Origin: a virus
Lineage: Duplodnaviria; Caudoviricetes
Length of the DNA stretch: 25,157 nt
Virus record (IMG/VR): IMGVR_UViG_3300042336_000077
Span: 1 to 25,157 of that record
Strand: one strand, 5' to 3'
In this document: piece after piece, positions 24,937-25,157 of the stretch
Layout: each line of letters starts with the position of its first letter
Numbering within the stretch: the stretch's first letter is position 1
Made by a program: the position numbers and the translations under genes
The notes under the pieces: generated by a model
Seen by the model: the letters and a program-made list of their open reading frames with translations, nothing else
Databases searched by the model: none
Told to the model about the DNA's origin: nothing

Positions 24937-25120
24937 GGACTTCTCCATCAAGCAATGGATGATAGAACAGACTAACCTGAGAATGACCAACAGATACAAG
25001 CAGATTCACATAGCTGAGGACATTGGAGTAAATGGCTCACAATTGTCTAGGTTTCTGACTGGCAATACAGTAAAAGACTCATTTTATGAGAAATGGTTTA
25101 AATGGTACATTCAAAATTAG
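24893..25120 (+). CDS. XRE/Cro-like HTH protein (start uncertain)
   Basis: 'YKQIHIAEDIGVNGSQLSRFLTG' helix-turn-helix. Confidence 0.7.
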   Translation: MDSSEIYTITIATSKDFSIKQWMIEQTNLRMTNRYKQIHIAEDIGVNGSQLSRFLTGNTVKDSFYEKWFKWYIQN

Positions 25121-25132
25121 TATCTTTACACA

Positions 25133-25157
25133 ATGACAGCATTCTTTACTTCATTGG
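25133..25157 (+). CDS. Possible start of the next gene (3'-truncated)
   Basis: ATG at 25133, open to the window edge (MTAFFTSL). Confidence 0.3.

Noticed and set aside
1-25157. Stop-codon recoding, diversity-generating retroelement, introns/inteins, tRNAs, integrase
   Set aside because: Genes are intact in the standard code using all three stops. I saw no reverse transcriptase, long template/variable repeat pair, interrupted gene, cloverleaf or recombinase motif.

Overview
A 25-kb segment of an AT-rich tailed dsDNA phage, probably a siphovirus. The host is probably a Bacteroidota (Flavobacteria-like) bacterium, judged from TTTG-N19-TAnnTTTG promoters, A-rich non-Shine-Dalgarno starts, a DUF3127-like gene and a BT4734/VirE-N primase. 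Bases 1-16042 are the virion and lysis module in a permuted order: tail-tip proteins, tape measure, tail terminator, tail fibre, gp10-like neck, two inverted paralogous chaperone-like genes, protease-scaffold, major capsid, tail tube, portal, adaptor, holins and an amidase. Bases 16156-25157 are an early/replication module: small ORFs, HNH nuclease, a DnaA-domain-IV-like protein, an iteron-like origin, primase-helicase, DNA methyltransferase, VRR-NUC nuclease, ERF, YqaJ exonuclease, DUF3127 SSB-like protein and an HTH protein. No terminase, integrase, sigma factor, RT, tRNA or CRISPR array is visible. The most interesting signals are (i) a bipartite motif TAAYWAA-N13/14-ACAATATAG-NN-ATG at three structural-gene starts (candidate leaderless late promoter), (ii) a ~70-nt promoter-to-terminator unit whose 5' end is complementary to the start of a 26-aa hydrophobic peptide gene and to that motif (candidate antisense sRNA or type I TA-like switch), (iii) an inverted pair of duplicated chaperone-like genes, and (iv) an iteron array between a DnaA-C-like gene and the primase. 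All protein calls come from motif recognition by eye; no database searches were run.
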